NCBI RefSeq assembly: GCF_006345805.1
Contig: NC_043005.1
Coordinates: 106,020,001-106,084,000 of the forward strand
DNA length: 64,000 bases
Direction: 5' to 3'
From: Octopus sinensis
Taxonomy: Eukaryota
The notes below the pieces were generated by a model. It was not told where the DNA came from. It saw only the letters and a list, made by a program, of their open reading frames with translations, and made no database searches. Shown piece by piece: positions 36,968 through 51,436 of this stretch. Position numbers and translations under genes: made by a program. Numbering within the stretch: the stretch's first letter is position 1; every line of letters begins with the position of its first letter.

Positions 36968-37321
36968 TAATAATAATAACAATAATGTTGTTGTTGTTGT
37001 TTTTGTAGTTGTGATGTCGTTGTAGCTGTTGTTGTTAGTGGTGCTGTTTCTTCTTTTTATTCTAAATGGAAGTGGTCTGATAAATGGAATGATTTTCTAA
37101 CATGCTATCAAAGCGTTATTAAAGTATTCTATTGCAAAAACAAATCACTTTTAAAAGAAGACATTGCTTTTGGGTTGGAGTAATTTTTGTTGTTGTTGTT
37201 GTTGTTGTTGCTGTTGCTGTTGCATGTTTGTTTATTGGTTTAGTTAGTTTACGTTTATGTGATATATATATATTTATATATGTGTGTGTGTGTGTGTGTG
37301 AGTGTAGATATGTGCATATAA

Positions 37322-37617
<296 letters not shown>

Positions 37618-37920
37618 AGGTTCTTTTTTTTCTATTTTTGGCTTTTCAGAAGAATGTCAATATATTTTCTTCCTGACATAAAATGTGCAGTGTTAGTTGC
37701 ATGTTGCATGATGTTACACGCTAACAATGGAATCAGAGGAGAGACCTGCACACAACATTTAACTTGTCCCTCTTCTTTCTCTCTCTCTCTCTCTCCCTCT
37801 CCCTCTTCAACTTTCCAACCATAATGGACTCATCCTAATCTATGGATCTTTCGTTGGAATCTCTATTTCATTCACTTAGTTTTCTTTGCTTTGTTTTTTT
37901 TTATTTATTTTCTTTCCCTT

Positions 37921-37960
<40 letters not shown>

Positions 37961-38626
37961 ATGTGTGTGCATGCACAAATGCATTTGTCTAAATATGTGT
38001 GTATGTGTAATATTTGTATTTTGGGCTATTTTACCTACAAGTAGATAACCAGCCAAGTTGAGATTTTCTGCTAGGTTGGCTATGGTGGCTTAACTTGGTA
38101 AATATGTAACTGATTGTCTCTCAGATACCGAGTGAAAAACTGGCAATTTTGGGGCACTAACATACTGAATATGTGTTTCAGAGCAAAAAAAATGAAGGCT
38201 CTGGTTTGAGCCTGATAAATAAAGTGGCTTCACATTGACATTTTCAGGCCTATATTGGTGCTTCAATACAACATTGTATGCTAATGTAATGAAGCACTTG
38301 GATTTTTATATAGAAACCTCTGTAGGTTAAAGCAGAGCATGCAAGATTTTTGTGGAGAAGCTCCATGCATACAAATCATACAAGTCATTCCTCTCCTGGT
38401 TGATGATGTTTATCCAAAGACTGCTGATTTTTACTGATACAAGCTTGGCACCTGTGTCATCACAGAATTTGATGTCAGGATACAAAGAGCCAGAACCAAT
38501 TCAACCAGGTGCTTTGCTCAACCCTCCAACGGTTTGTCCTATCAACTGCTCAGCTCTGATACTTTTTATTGACCTTGTAATGACAAAAGGCAATGTTGAC
38601 CTCTGTGGGAGTTTAACTTAAACTGC

Positions 38627-38968
38627 AGATGCAGGTGTGGCTGTGTGGTATGTAGCTTGCTTCCCAACCACATGGTTCTGGGTTCAGTTCCACTATGTGG
38701 CATCTTAGGGAAGTGTCCTCTGCTATAGTCTCAGGTTGTCCAAAACTTTGTGAGTGGATTTGGTAGATGGATACTGAAAGAAGCCCGTCATATATATATA
38801 TATATAAATATATATGTTAGTGTGTCTGTGTTTTCCCCACCACCATTGCTTGACAACTGATTGGCAAAAGAGACCAATAGAATAAGTACTAAAGGTGGTG
38901 CTCCAGCATGGCTGCAGTCAAATGATTGAAACAAGTAAAAGAGTAAGAGAGTAAAAGAGAGTTAAAAG
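38627..38968 (+). mobile_element. SINE-A with deletions in the second half
   Basis: GCAGGTGTGGCTGTGTGGTA head; GGTGCTCCAGCATGGCTGCAGTCAAATGA 3' end. Confidence 0.9.
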
Positions 38969-39309
38969 AAGCCCAATTCTCTAATGACTCACTTGATTTG
39001 CTACCTTACTCATTAACTGCAATGTCAATAGTTATAGAGAATAAATTTACAACCATATTTACAAATGAGTGGACTTGGCCAATTTATTTTGGCTATGGAC
39101 ATTGTAGAAATGTATCATTCTGAGAATCTTCAATCTTTAAATATGTAGTGTGTTACTGAATGGACTCAGCTTTGAATAGTTCTTTCCTGTTGAGGATTTT
39201 ATCCAAGTGATTGGTATTGAACTGGTAAAATCAATAGAGTACTGGTCAAAATGCTCTCTCTCCCTCACTTTCTCTCTCTATTTTTCTTTCTCTCTTTATA
39301 TATATATAT

Positions 39310-39658
39310 AAACAATTGCAGCGTGGAAGGTGTTTGTAAGCCATTTAAGAAACACACAAAAGCTGTTCGATTCACTTCAACATTTAAGTTTAATTTGTCA
39401 AAATATTTTCGGCGCTTTAAGACCGCTGACAAAAATCCGTGCTGCATCTCAGATGCAGCACGGATTTTTGTCAATGAACAGGTCGCGGATTTTAGCGCCG
39501 AAAATATTTTGACAAATTAAACTTAAATGTTGAAGTGAATCGAACAGCTTTTGTGTGTTTCTTAAATGGCTTACAAACACCTTCCACGCTGCAATTGTTT
39601 TCGTTTCAGCACACGATCTCGGATCAAATCACTTGCTATGCGAGTACATCTCCGTAAA
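39310..39658 (+). mobile_element. Penelope-like family F with a large inverted duplication (291-bp palindrome)
   Basis: Perfect 107-bp arms 39310-39416 / 39494-39600 and a perfect 23-bp inner stem 39427-39449 / 39451-39473. Confidence 0.9.
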
Positions 39659-39730
39659 ATATATATATATATTTATATATATATTTATATATATATATAG
39701 ATATGTATGTATGTATGTATGTATGTATGT

Positions 39731-40067
39731 GTGAAGGCACATGGCTCAGTGGTTAGAGTGTCAAGCTTGTGATTGTGAGTTGTGAGTTCAAATCCCCGAC
39801 CAGGCTACGTGTTGTGTTTTTGAGCAAGACACTTTATTTCACGTTGCTCCAGTTCACTCAGCTGTAGGAATGAGTTGCGACGTCACAGGTGCCAAGTTAT
39901 ATTGGCCTTTGCTTTTCCCTTGGTTAACACTGGTGTACAGAGGGGAGGCTGGTGTGTATGGGCAACTGCTGGTCTTCCATAAAAAAACAACATTGCCCAG
40001 ACTTGTGCCTGGGAGGGTAACTTTCTAGGTGCAGTCCAATGGTCAGTCATGACCGAAGGGGGTTTCA
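39731..40067 (+). mobile_element. SINE-E head and CORE block with a third tail type
   Basis: GGCACATGGCTCAGTGGTTAGAG...TTGAGCAAGACACTTTATTTCACGTTGCTCCAGTTCACTCAGCTG, then a tail unrelated to that of 30020. Confidence 0.85.
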
Positions 40068-40073
40068 TGTATG

Positions 40074-40105
<32 letters not shown>

Positions 40106-40131
40106 ATATATGCACATTTGTGTGTGTTTGT

Positions 40132-40178
<47 letters not shown>

Positions 40179-40190
40179 CCTATATAGATA

Positions 40191-40810
40191 CAGTGTGTTC
40201 AGGCAAAATTTGACAGGTTGCATAAAAGGAAAAGAAAACCTAACATTCCATTCAAAAATAAAATACATTCAGAAACCCCAAAATACCAACTAGATTATGG
40301 CTGGGAGGTTTACTCAAAGAAGCTGCCCAATACTTCTACCACAACCTAAAGATAGCTTCAGAACCTGACATAGGCATTTGTCACTGTGTCCTTGAGAAAA
40401 TTTTTGAACACCTTGATCTTGAGCACCAGCTTGGCCTTGGTGTTGCAGTCAGAGTGGTTGGTGCTTTCCTCAGACATGCTGCCCTTATAGTGATCCACGG
40501 GATTACAAATGGGGAAATTAGGGGGCCAGAAACTGGGGCTGATGAATTTGTAGAAATTCTCTGACAACCACTTCAAACTCTTTCCCAAGGTATGGCAGGG
40601 AGCCAAATCCTGCTGCCACATATATGGCCTTCCAGTAGCAACTGTCTCCAGCCAAGGATTGACCAATGTCTTCAGCCAGGGATTGACCAATGTCTCCAGC
40701 CAGGGATTGACCAATGTCTCCAGTCTGAACTGAACTTAAGGCCCAGCTCAAAGACAAGGGGAATTCCCAGTGTGTGGTTGCAACCAGAATACCCACTCTG
40801 ACTACAGCAT
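40191..40810 (-). mobile_element. maT/DD37D-type (Tc1/mariner superfamily) transposase relic, 3' part with TIR
   Basis: ORF 40358-40714: PWLETVATGRPYMWQQDLAPCH...WPPNFPICNPVD, with 37 residues counted between the last two Asp; TA|CAGTGTG end at 40189-40197. Confidence 0.9.
40643..40723. repeat. 24-bp tandem repeat, about 3.4 copies
   Basis: TGTCTCCAGCCAGGGATTGACCAA units at 40643, 40667 and 40691, partial unit at 40715. Confidence 0.95.
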
Positions 40811-41057
40811 CACAGTATTTATTACAGCTGTCCATCTCACATCTTACAGTCTTTACAGTGTTCACAGAGCATGGAGCAGCAGTCTTGATGTTGGCATTTT
40901 GGTATCTGGCATGAATCGTCATGATACAGGTAATTCTTTTCCAATGTGCAGTTGGCTTCCAGCTCCCTATGTCAGTTAACTTTTTCTCAGCTACAACTTT
41001 AATATTCATGCTTGCTTTGATAGTTCACTAATACTTCAGGTAGTTCCTGGAAAAAGG

Positions 41058-41466
41058 TTACTCTTTTACTCTTTTATTTGTTTCAGTCATTTGACTGCGG
41101 CCATGCTGGAGCACCGCCTTTAATCGAGCAACTCGACCCCGGGACTTATTCTTTTGTAAGCCCAGTACTTATTCTATCGGTCTCTTTTGCCGAACCGCTA
41201 AGTAACGGGGACATAAACACACAAGCATCGGTTGTCAAGCAATGCTAGGGGGACAAACACAGACACACAAACACACACACGCATATATATATATACATAC
41301 ATACGACATGCTTCTTTCAGTTTCCGTCTACCAAATCCACTCACAAGGCTTTGGTCGGCCCGAGGCTATAGTAGAAGACACTTGCCCAAGGTGCCACACA
41401 GTGGGACTGAACCCGGAAGCATGTTGTTGGTAAACAAGCTACTTACCACACAGCCACTTCTGCGCC
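41058..41466 (-). mobile_element. SINE-A, full length
   Basis: Reverse complement of the consensus. Confidence 0.95.
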
Positions 41467-41502
41467 TATATAAAATAATCATCAAATTTAACCCCAAACA
41501 GT

Positions 41503-41635
41503 TTGTGTGGCTGTATGGTTGAGAAGTTTGCTTCCTTACAACATGGTTTTGGATTTAGTCCCATTACCTGGTACAACCTCAGGTTGACAAAAGCCTTGTG
41601 AGCAGATTTGTTAGAGAGAAACTGAAATTAGCCTA

Positions 41636-41640
<5 letters not shown>
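41503..41640 (+). mobile_element. SINE-A first half, diverged
   Basis: GTGGCTGTATGG...AAAGCCTTGTGAG...GAAACTGAAA. Confidence 0.6.
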
Positions 41641-41670
<30 letters not shown>

Positions 41671-42032
41671 ATGAGTATTTATGAAATTTTGAATGGAAAG
41701 TGGTTGCTCTTTCTCAGGGTTGTATTTCATCCAAGTATGCACTGGTTTACCTCTGTATCAATTAATTTTCCTGGAACCTGTTAATTTGTGTTAGTATTAG
41801 TGCCTATTGATGGTTCTTCTTCAACATCAGTACTTTAAAACACTTATGAAGTTCTGGTTGTTGTTATAGATGTTTTCATGTAGCTGAACTCGGAGAACAG
41901 AATTTTGATAATATAACATAAAGAAAATGAAAAATGGAAACACAGAAATCAATTCATTTATATAATAGTCAATTTCAATAAATTGATTTCTGTGTTCCCA
42001 CTCTGCATTTTCTGTATGTTATATATATATAT

Positions 42033-42441
42033 CTTTCTTTCTTTTTTCTTTTTACTTGTTTCAGTCATTTGACTGCGGCCATGCTGGAGCACCACCTTTA
42101 GTCGAGCAACTCGACCCTGGGACTTATTATTTGTAAGCCCAGTACTTATTCTATCGTTCTCTTTTGCCGAACCACTAAGTGATGGGGATGTAAACACACC
42201 AGCATCAGTTGTCAAGCAATGCTAGAGGGACAAACACAGACACACAAATATATACACATATATATATATACATATATACGACAGGCTTCTTTCAGTTTCC
42301 GTCTACCAAATCCACTCACAAGGCTTTGGTCGGCCCGAGGCTATAGCAGAAGACACTTGCCCAAGGTGCCACGCAGTGGGACTGAACCCGGAACCATGTG
42401 GTTGGTTAGCAAGCTACTTACCACACAGCCACTCCTGCGCC
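42033..42441 (-). mobile_element. SINE-A, full length
   Basis: Reverse complement of the consensus. Confidence 0.95.
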
Positions 42442-42513
42442 TATATATGCTGTGATGTGATCAACCTGGTGTGCTTTTGATCAGGTGGCAGAAGATGTGG
42501 TGACCACAGACAA

Positions 42514-42829
42514 GAGGTAGGCAGCAAAACTGTCCCTCACCCTCCCTACCCTCCAGACCTTGCTTCCTATGATTGTTGGTTGTTGCCCAAGCTAAAGGAG
42601 ACTTCGGGGACAGTCATTTTGAAAAGATGGAGGCTGTGACAAAGGTAGGTCCTGGGCTTCTTCACATTGCAGGACTTCGATAGGGCCTTCATGAAGTGGG
42701 TGGAACTCTACAACAAGTTTATTGAAGTCAAAGGATTCTACTTCGAATGAGATTAGAGTTTTTGTACTTCTTCGAAATTAAAAAAATGTCTCCCCTGAAA
42801 AAGTCTGAAGACTTTTGGAATGCACCTTG
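42514..42829 (+). mobile_element. Mariner 3' relic with TIR
   Basis: KTVPHPPYPPDLASYDCWLLPKLK...QDFDRAFMKWVELYNKFIEVKGFYFE; ends GAATGCACCTTG|TA; same family as 22452 and 51850. Confidence 0.85.
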
Positions 42830-42838
42830 TAAACTTGT

Positions 42839-43040
42839 GTGGAGGCATGCGTTTAGTGGTTAGGGTGTTACACTCATGATAATAACATTGTGGTTTTGAT
42901 TCCTGGACCAAGCAATGCATTATGTTCCCAGCTGGCAAAAATGAGTAATTCTGTGATGGACCAGGGTTACATCCAGGGAGTGAATATATATGCCACAGAG
43001 TCTGGGAAACTGGCTTCATGAACCTATGGCCATGGAAAGA
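42839..43040 (+). mobile_element. SINE-E with the CORE block deleted
   Basis: GGAGGCATGCGTTTAGTGGTTAGGGTG head; AATGAGTAATTCTGTGATGGAC tail like 30020 and 22811. Confidence 0.65.
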
Positions 43041-44113
43041 CCTTTTCTTTTCTTTTCTGGTTTTTTTTTTTTTTTTTTTTTGAAACTTGTATGGAAGCCT
43101 TTTGGATAGAATGGAACAGACTGTTCTGAATGGTAAATGGCAGATGTAATATAATGTCTACCTTAATACCTCTGCTTTGCTGTAGGCTCCCTTCAGCATT
43201 TGAACCGGATTTAGGTCTTATTGTAGTTTCCTCTCTTCCTTCCACAATGCTTCACCAAATAAGGAATTCAAAGACTTCTCCTCTGTTGCTTTTGCTATGT
43301 GGTTAGTTTCTCTGATGACACCTCAGTTGGAAAAATAAAAGCAATAAATTTTTCCCATGATGCTTCAGTAGCAATCAAAGCACTAGTACTTCCCATGATC
43401 CTTTGCTAACAATAAATTTGCCAATATTTCCCATAGTGCTTCATTAACAATAAAAATACTAACTCTTCCCAAGATGCTCTAGATAACGATAATAAAAAAA
43501 CAACACTTTCTCCATTTCCACCTTGAGCCACCCTCCCCTAAAAAGCAACGTCAACAACAATAACAAAAGAAAGCAACAACAATCAAAATAACAACAATAA
43601 TAGCAACATCACTGTATAAGAAGCACAACAGTTGTATATAACATCAGTTGTATATAATAGCAGACCCTTAAAATAAAGCAATCCTTATGTATGTATGTAT
43701 GTATGTATGTATGTATGTGTGTGTGTATGTATGTGTGTGTGTATGTGTGAGTGTGTACAATTATATTTTCTTTTTTTACTTTCTGTTTAAGCAATATTAT
43801 CAATAAAAATTTACAAGTGAATAGAATGGTTAGTTATTTTTTTCATTCAGTTTTGTCTGTCCCTATGTGCGTATGTATGCGAGTTTGTCTGAGTGTGGAG
43901 GGTTGTCTTTTCATGTCCATTTGAAGTGGACAGTAAAAAATAGGTGACACTAAGAAAAACAAACAATATTAATATATTTGATTAAAATATAAATGACAAG
44001 AAAGTGGGAAACAAAAGATTTTCGTTTGCTTCTTTATTTATTTATCTTTTTAAAAGTATTTTCAAAGAAAAGTGATTTTTATATGATATAATAAACAGAG
44101 TAAAATATCGCAG

Positions 44114-44139
44114 AGATCAAAGGTATTCTTTGATCAAAG
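44114..44139. promoter_or_regulatory. Candidate cluster of three TCF/LEF motifs
   Basis: AGATCAAAGG at 44114-44123, CTTTGATC at 44128-44135, overlapping GATCAAAG at 44132-44139; motif match only. Confidence 0.3.
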
Positions 44140-44553
44140 ACAAGAATTAATGACCATTTATCTTCATCTTTTGATACCATTTAATTTATTTTTTTCATGA
44201 AATGTCTTTTATTTTTTTAATTCCTTATCAAATTAAATTGTAGAAAGCTTTGCTTAATACTTTCAGTAGCAAAGAATTGTCAAAGAGGAAGAATTCACAC
44301 CAGTTCTTCTTGTGGAGACATTACAGAAATAAGAAAGTAAAGGTTGAGGCGATGGTAATGGTAGGGGTTATTTCAAGCAACAATTCTTCATCATTAACAA
44401 AACATTGTGACCTTGTGTGTGTGTGTGTAAATGTATCTATGTGTGCATGCTTGTATGTGTGCAAGCAAACATATGTCTGTGTACATATGTATGTATATAT
44501 ATATATATGTATATATATGTGTTTATACATACATACATATATATATATATATA

Positions 44554-44636
<83 letters not shown>

Positions 44637-45612
44637 ATGTATGTATGTATGTATGTATGTGCCTATGTGTGTGTGTGTGCCTAGAAATGTTTTTACTAAT
44701 TCCAGTCGAGAGACTGTGGGCATCATGAGACACTACCTTGATTGGTATTGTTGATTATATTATCCTAATATTTGGCTAATATAGGAAACACCACTGATTT
44801 TTTCAGCTACTGATGACCTGGTATCTTTTTAATTCTGATGTATATAAGTGAAGACTACCAGCCTCCTTGACACTAGAAATACATGATGAAGGTGGAAACA
44901 CTCTCCTTACACCTAACCGTAATAATATGAAGACACAAATGATTAAACTGAAAATTGCATCCCGTGCTAACCTCCTAAGGATCATCTTTTTGTGAAGAGC
45001 AATGTGAGAATCAGCAATGAGTTCAAAGATGGATTTAGTGGGCAAATGGATGTACAACAGGTGTCAGTTCTCAGCTCCCTTGTATTTTTTTAATCCTCCA
45101 AGCCCATAACACACACACACACACACACATATACATACAATATTTATTACTGAAGAATAAAAAAAAAATGAAAATAATTGATCTTCATCACTATATTTAC
45201 AACTGGTAAAAAAATAACTTATCAGAAATAATTAAATCTTAGATTTATAAATTCTTTGCTCTATTCAATTAATCTTTAGAAATGAAAGCATCTTATAAAT
45301 ATTTCACCAATCTGTTGACTAGAGATATTTAGTGTTTTATTCCTGAATGAACTCTTGATTTGGACAAGTAATCTTTGATTCAGGAACTAAGACTAATAGC
45401 ATTCTTAACTTTTAGGCCACATGCATCAGTTGCTTTGTAGATATAAAAGCTATCATCCTTAGTGCAGAAATAGTTTGCTAATTTCAATCCAGTCTGCACC
45501 ATGTATATGTTCAAGAATAAGCCATGTAGTGATAATCAGAGATTACAGGAATCAAAACATTGAAATCCTAAAGATTTTTAAGTTAGTGAATAAAGTACTA
45601 GATTCCATATAC

Positions 45613-46025
45613 CTCTTACTCTTTACTCTTTTACTCGTTTCAGTCATTTGACAGTGGTCATGCTGGAGCACTGCCTTTAGTCGAGTAAATCGATCCCAGG
45701 ACTTATTCTTTGTAAGCCTAGTACTTATTCTATCGGTTTCTTTTGCCGAACCACTAAGTTACGGGGATGAAAACACACCAGCATCGGTTGTCAAGCAATG
45801 TTAGGGGGGACAAACACAGACACACAAACATATACACACATATATATATATATTCATATATACGACGGGCTTCTTTCAGTTTCCGTCTACCAAATCCACT
45901 CACAAGCCTTTGGTCGGCCCGAGGCTACAGTAGAAGACACTGGCCCAAGGTGCCACGCAGTGGGACTGAACCCGGAACCATGTGGTTGATAAGCAAGCTA
46001 CTTACCACATAGCCACTCCTGTGCC
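45613..46025 (-). mobile_element. SINE-A, full length
   Basis: Reverse complement of the consensus. Confidence 0.95.
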
Positions 46026-47255
46026 TAGTAGAGGAAATAAAACAAAAATATTGTAATGGAAAATAAATAAATAAAACCTGACATGAATATTCAGCTAAGA
46101 TGCATATTGGAAAGTGCAGTTCATTGGTTGACAGCCGGAAATACAAGATTTGTGTGCAATGTGGATGCTGACCGGTGGTGTTACTGATGCAAATATTTAA
46201 ATAATTAAAGTTTTATGCAATTAATTGTCGTATGTGAAGTTTCTGCTTTTTTCGTTATATTTAAATTAGTTCATTCTATGTTCAACATCAAATGGTCTTT
46301 GCTTCTCTCTGTATCCATCCAGAAATAGATATGCACATATATATATAGAGAGAGAGATACATGCATATACATGTCATCGTCATCATCATCATCATCGTCA
46401 TCATCGTCATCGTCATCGTTATCATCATCTTCATCATTGCCACCATCACCACCACCACCACCACCACCACCATCATTATCATCATCATCATCATCATCAC
46501 CATTTAACATACACTTTTATGCACACTCACACACACACATGTACATATGTATGTATATGTATAAATATATGGACACCACACACATACACACACACACACA
46601 CAGATACAGACACATGAAACACTGTCGAATTAGGCTATGCGACAACAAGCGCAAAAATTCCTACTACCACTACCACTACAACAAAAGCCACAATGACCAT
46701 CACCACTGTCAGCCCCTTCCTTTTCCCTGCTAACAGTGGTCCAGCAATACCACCACCATTTCGGCAGCTGCTTTGTACACAAAACTTATATTTTATGATG
46801 TTACCCTATGATCAAGTCTTTCCATTGCACATCTCCATCTCATTGTCTGCACAAATCACACATCACAAGACACATTACACGTATTCTATCACCTCAACAC
46901 TTTCCTTACTGTCTCTATCATTTGGCAAACCTATTTTTATATTAGTGTGCTAGTAAAAAATAGAAAAAAGAAAGATACCTCAATGGTTACAAGGTTTGAT
47001 AATGGCTAGAATGATGTCCATAACTGGCACCTCTTAACTGGTATAACAGTAACCAACCATGATGTCATGAGATAGATGAGCATACATGTATACATACATA
47101 CATGTATACATACATACATGCATACATACATGCATACATGCATGCATACGTACATACATACATGCATACAAATACATTCATACACATATCTGTATGTGTA
47201 TGTATGTTTGTAAATCTACATAGCTATATCTATATCTATATCTATCTATTTCTAT

Positions 47256-47287
<32 letters not shown>

Positions 47288-47930
47288 GCATTTTTTTATA
47301 TACACATGCATGTGCATGAATATGAATCTCACAAATATATATATATATATATATGCTTGTCCCTAGACAACAATATATATATATGTATATACACTCATAT
47401 ATATATATATATACACATACATACATATACACATACAAACATATACATACTATACACATACATACATATATATGTGTGTGTGTGTGTGTAGGTATGAATA
47501 TGTGTACACATATGTATATACATATGTATATACATACATACATATATATGGCAAATATACATGAAACCTAGAAAAGCATGATTACACATGTATCAATAGA
47601 TACACACATATGAATTGTAGACATAATTATATGTTCTCTCACACAAATGGAGATATGTATTATGTAATCGCCTTAACATACTCCATACACAAACACATCC
47701 CCATAAACTACCCCCCCCCGCCAATATGCATCCACACAGACACACTGTTTAATACACAATGATACATTACGCCATATACATGTGCATGTATACATGAGTA
47801 TAACATGTGTGTGTTGTGTATGTATAATATATGTATATATACTATATATATTATATATAGATATATGTATATATATATATGTATATAAATATGAATATAT
47901 ATATATATATATATTATATAATGTATGTAT

Positions 47931-47962
<32 letters not shown>

Positions 47963-48018
47963 TATATTATATATATATATATACATATATATATATAAGT
48001 TTATACATATATATATAA

Positions 48019-48099
<81 letters not shown>

Positions 48100-49102
48100 T
48101 ATATACATATATATTATATAAGCATATATGTGTGTGTGTATTAATGTACATATATATATATGTATGATTGTAATTATATAAATAGGACATTTCGCAAATA
48201 TTCCGTTAAGTTTAGCCAATAAGCAAAAATATTCTTGGCTCTTGTATTTTTGCCTGTATCGATGCTTCAATTGCCCAAATTGGTGCAGGTGGTGGGTGGT
48301 CTTTAAATCCTTTTGTGTCCTTATGTACAAATGGTGCCGCACTGCAATTCTGGGCAATTTTCACGTAATTTCTTATAGAATATACAATGCGAAATTACCT
48401 AGAATCACCAAACACATCCTTATTTGTCCTGTCAACACACTGTTATCCGTTATCAGGATTGCAAAGCTATGTTTTCACACCATTCTGCGTGTTGATTTGC
48501 TATTATTATATGAATGAAGTTTGTTCTATCAGTAACATTAGTGGCGTGTTTTTCATACCTCAAGCTTTCTTCATCAAATCACATCATTCTTCTCACACTC
48601 ACATACAATCATGTGAATTGATACACTCATACACAAGCACATATGCATGCACATACATGCACGCATACACATGTATAGAGACACAGTAATATATCATTAT
48701 ATTCATACACACATGTACATAGCAGATGTATACATGAACTTACAAAGAAATAAATACAAACACATGCATACGTACACACATATGAATATATATACCCCAA
48801 TATTGCATAATATTCACATATGTACACTCTGCTGATTTACACATGTATGTAAATACATATGCTTGCATAAATGTAGATGTATACATATATAAAAACAGTC
48901 ACCCTGAGATTTCACATTCTCCCCACCACCATCACCACCATGACTACCACTGACTTTATAGACATAAACTTACACATATACAAATACATATACACATACA
49001 TACATGTCAGTATATACATATAATTACACCCCTGCCGATGTTTTATTATATTGATGTACACATCACTGACCTGCGCATACAGATACATATACTACGATAT
49101 AT

Positions 49103-49135
<33 letters not shown>

Positions 49136-50121
49136 TATATATTTATATGTATATGTATGTATATACCAAAAAAGACTTGCTTAATATAAATATTAGCATA
49201 CTCATACTGACATACAATCATTCTTACTAACAGACACGCACATGCATAAGCACATATAGAAGCAGAATAAGAAGACAACCAAATACATACGCATTCATAT
49301 TAACACACAATAACAGACAAACATAATAGAGACCCTCGCAAGCACACAATACACACATGTGACACATACATGCATACACTTATACACACAAAAAACTCAC
49401 GTATTCAATATACATTCATACTCAGAATATATATATATATATATACACACACCAACACACACTAATGCTCATGCACATATTCTTATATATAAATATAAAC
49501 ATTAAGTATATCCTTATTCACACATATACACACACACAACAGAAATCCTTACACAGTCGTATACACACACATATTCTTATACATAAAATTATATACATCC
49601 TAAAATATATATTTCTATACACATACATCATTACACATTTCCAATAATTCACCCCTGCATACCCTTATGCATAGACTTCAAACACATAAACACATAAAAT
49701 ACATAAAAACAAACACACACACACACACACACAATCATACACAAACATATACCCACATTTATACACATACATGCATATGCACAATCATCTTAATTGCATT
49801 CATATGCCTTTTGTTTTTACAGGTTTAATATTTTTTTATTTCTTTCTTCGTATTTGCCTCTTTTCTTTGAGTGTCATTTTCTTATCTATAGAAAATTGAT
49901 GCATATAAATGCCTGCTTGTGTGTGTATATCCTTTACATGCATGTGCTTGCATTTGATTTGGCATGCTTGTATGTGTAGCATATATATATGTGTGTGTGT
50001 GTATCTATGTGTGTATGTGTGTGCATGTGTGTGTATGTATCTGTGTCTAATTATATGAAAACATTTATGTACACAAAATGATACATGAATACAAATATAT
50101 ATATACATAATAAATACATAC

Positions 50122-50151
<30 letters not shown>

Positions 50152-50153
<2 letters not shown>

Positions 50154-50272
50154 CACGTGATCACGTGACCGACCAGACCATCAGATGTTGTTACACATCG
50201 CTAGTCACAATGCGTTCGCATTGTTTTAGCTTTCGAATGACGCCACCCCGTTGGCTAAGTGAGCAGGCCAAC
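50152..50272 (-). mobile_element. SINE-D 3' fragment, or the 3' end of its partner LINE
   Basis: Near-identical to 16674-16795, including the (CACGTGAT)2 tail; lies in (TA)n. Confidence 0.85.
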
Positions 50273-50762
50273 ATATATAATATACGATATTAGGTAATAT
50301 ATATATATGCGATAAATAAGATGATAAAATATCATATATCTATCTATAATATGTATGTGCATGTGTGTGTACATATATACACATACATACACATACTCGT
50401 GACTTAAAAAGTTTAGTTGTCACTCTCAAGCATGACTTAGTAGTTTGCACCAAGTTTTGGTTAGTTGTTTTAGGTACCCATGGAGTAACAGGCAGACACA
50501 AACACCTTCTCAGTCCTCTCAGTAAAGCATCCAGAATGTGACAGCTGGAGTGCTAGAGGGCTGCACCAGTAGTTGGTTGGTATACATTATTTCAGCTGAA
50601 AAGTCAGGACTAAAGTGAAATGATGCACCTCGCTTAAGAACACCTATGATGTTATGATCCTAAGTCTGACACCCTAGCACCAGGCCAGGAACCTTCTCCA
50701 GAACAAACAGATTTTACACACTCATACACATAGGTTTATATGCATCATAAATTACCATTATA

Positions 50763-51436
50763 CTAGCTGACTACGTTCCGTCAGTAATGATGGCTAATTG
50801 TGATATTTTATATATAATTAAGGTACATAATAATCACACATACAATTATTCACATACTTACATTGTACACACACATATACTCAGAGTTGAAATGTTGATT
50901 TTTTTTTCACCCCTTCTTTCCTTATTCATCTATCACCCCTTCCTTTCTCCCATTGTTATTACTTTCTCTCACTCCCTCTCAGTCAATGCTATTACTCTCA
51001 CTACTTCTCCTTCACTGAATTACTATTTTCTCTCCTCCTCCGTGTCCAGCATGATTCTGGACAAATATATATATACAAGCAAAACGCCTCCCCCCCCTCC
51101 GTCCAATGGACGGTGCTGAGTTGTGAAATATTTAAACCAAATTTTCTCAAAACAACTTGTCTGACCATCCCATTTAACCTAAATTTGAGACACCAGCAAA
51201 AGAAGAAATAAAGATAGCCTTTTTTTCTATTCCAAGAAAAACGATTTTACAAATGCACATTCCCATGGCTTTATCGATCGCATTCTCACCTGGAATTGAT
51301 TTTTGTAATTTTTTCAAGACTTATACACACCCTGATACCGTCAGTATCTACATATCAAATTTGAGCACAATCGGATGGAGGATGCCTGAGATCCTAGAAG
51401 ACACACACACAGACAGAACGGATTTTAGATAATAGA
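50763..51436 (-). mobile_element. Non-autonomous Helitron
   Basis: Minus strand A|TCTATTATCT...CTAG|T (AT target); hairpin CCGTCA-GTAA-TGATGG 11 nt from CTAG; (CA)n near the 5' end. Confidence 0.7.

Noticed and set aside
38352-38621. 89-aa ORF in non-repetitive sequence
   Set aside because: No recognisable homology; other frames contain stops; length is within chance expectation
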